Source of the DNA: Dictyostelium discoideum
Lineage: Eukaryota
Assembly (NCBI GenBank): GCA_000004695.1
Contig: CM000151.3
Span: 5,440,001 to 5,504,000, forward strand
Length of the DNA stretch: 64,000 nucleotides
Direction: 5' to 3'
How positions within the stretch are numbered: the first letter of the stretch is position 1; the number at the start of each line of letters is the position of its first letter. This document shows positions 63,562 to 64,000 of the stretch, piece after piece. Below the pieces are notes generated by a model. The model did not search any database, was not told the origin of the DNA, and worked only from the letters and a program-made list of their open reading frames with translations. The translations under genes and the position numbers were made by a program.

Positions 63562-64000
63562 TTTTAATTTTTTTAATAATGAATAAAATGATTTTTAATT
63601 TCTTTTTTTTTATAATTAATAAAAATTTTTATTTTTTTTAACAATGAAAAAAAATAATTAATGGTTTTCTTTTTTTTAAAATTAAAAAAAAAATTTATTT
63701 TATAATTACCAAAATTAAAAAAAAAAAAAAAAATATCCGACAAACTTTATTTTCTTTCCTGATACCCTTAACAATCATTGGCCAAAATAAATATAATTTA
63801 ATATTAATTACAATTGAAAAAATCTAATATCATTCATTGAATTTGAATAATTAATTTGTCATTTAATTATAAAAAATGAATCGGTTTGCCATATTGTGAG
63901 AAATTTTACTATTGTAATTTCTTTTTTTTAAAACGTATTACTATAATTTAATAATATAAAATACAACCAATAGGAAATAAGACTATTATAAATTCTCATT

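Overview
The window looks like nuclear genomic DNA from a Dictyostelium-like social amoeba. It is extremely AT-rich, with poly-N and poly-Q coding microsatellites and short AT-rich introns bounded by GTAAGT...AG. Organism assignment rests on composition and gene style only.

I found about 24 protein-coding loci, most of them spliced, and four RNA polymerase III tRNA genes, all read by eye:
- a roughly 2,990-aa USP-type deubiquitinase
- a LipB-type octanoyltransferase
- an SGNH/GDSL esterase
- a secreted M49-like zinc peptidase
- a GRAM/TBC/EF-hand RabGAP
- a Bet1-like Qc-SNARE
- tiny spliced genes for RAMP4/SERP1 and an ATP-synthase subunit-j-like protein
- a prolyl-4-hydroxylase-like 2OG-Fe(II) oxygenase
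- a giant acidic low-complexity repeat protein
- a TPR tail-anchored protein
- a coiled-coil protein with seven tandem repeats
- two tRNA-Glu(UUC) copies inside a segmental duplication
- two tRNA-Leu(CAA) genes, one beside a retroelement-like repeat cluster

The most notable result is that two adjacent minus-strand 'genes' appear to be one seven-exon gene. One is an RNB exoribonuclease preceded by three CCCH zinc fingers; the other is a UPF1-like helicase. Joined, they give a HELZ2-like RNA-decay protein whose catalytic motifs look partly degenerate.

All coordinates come from manual reading and carry that uncertainty. Splice sites are inferred from consensus and frame continuity only.
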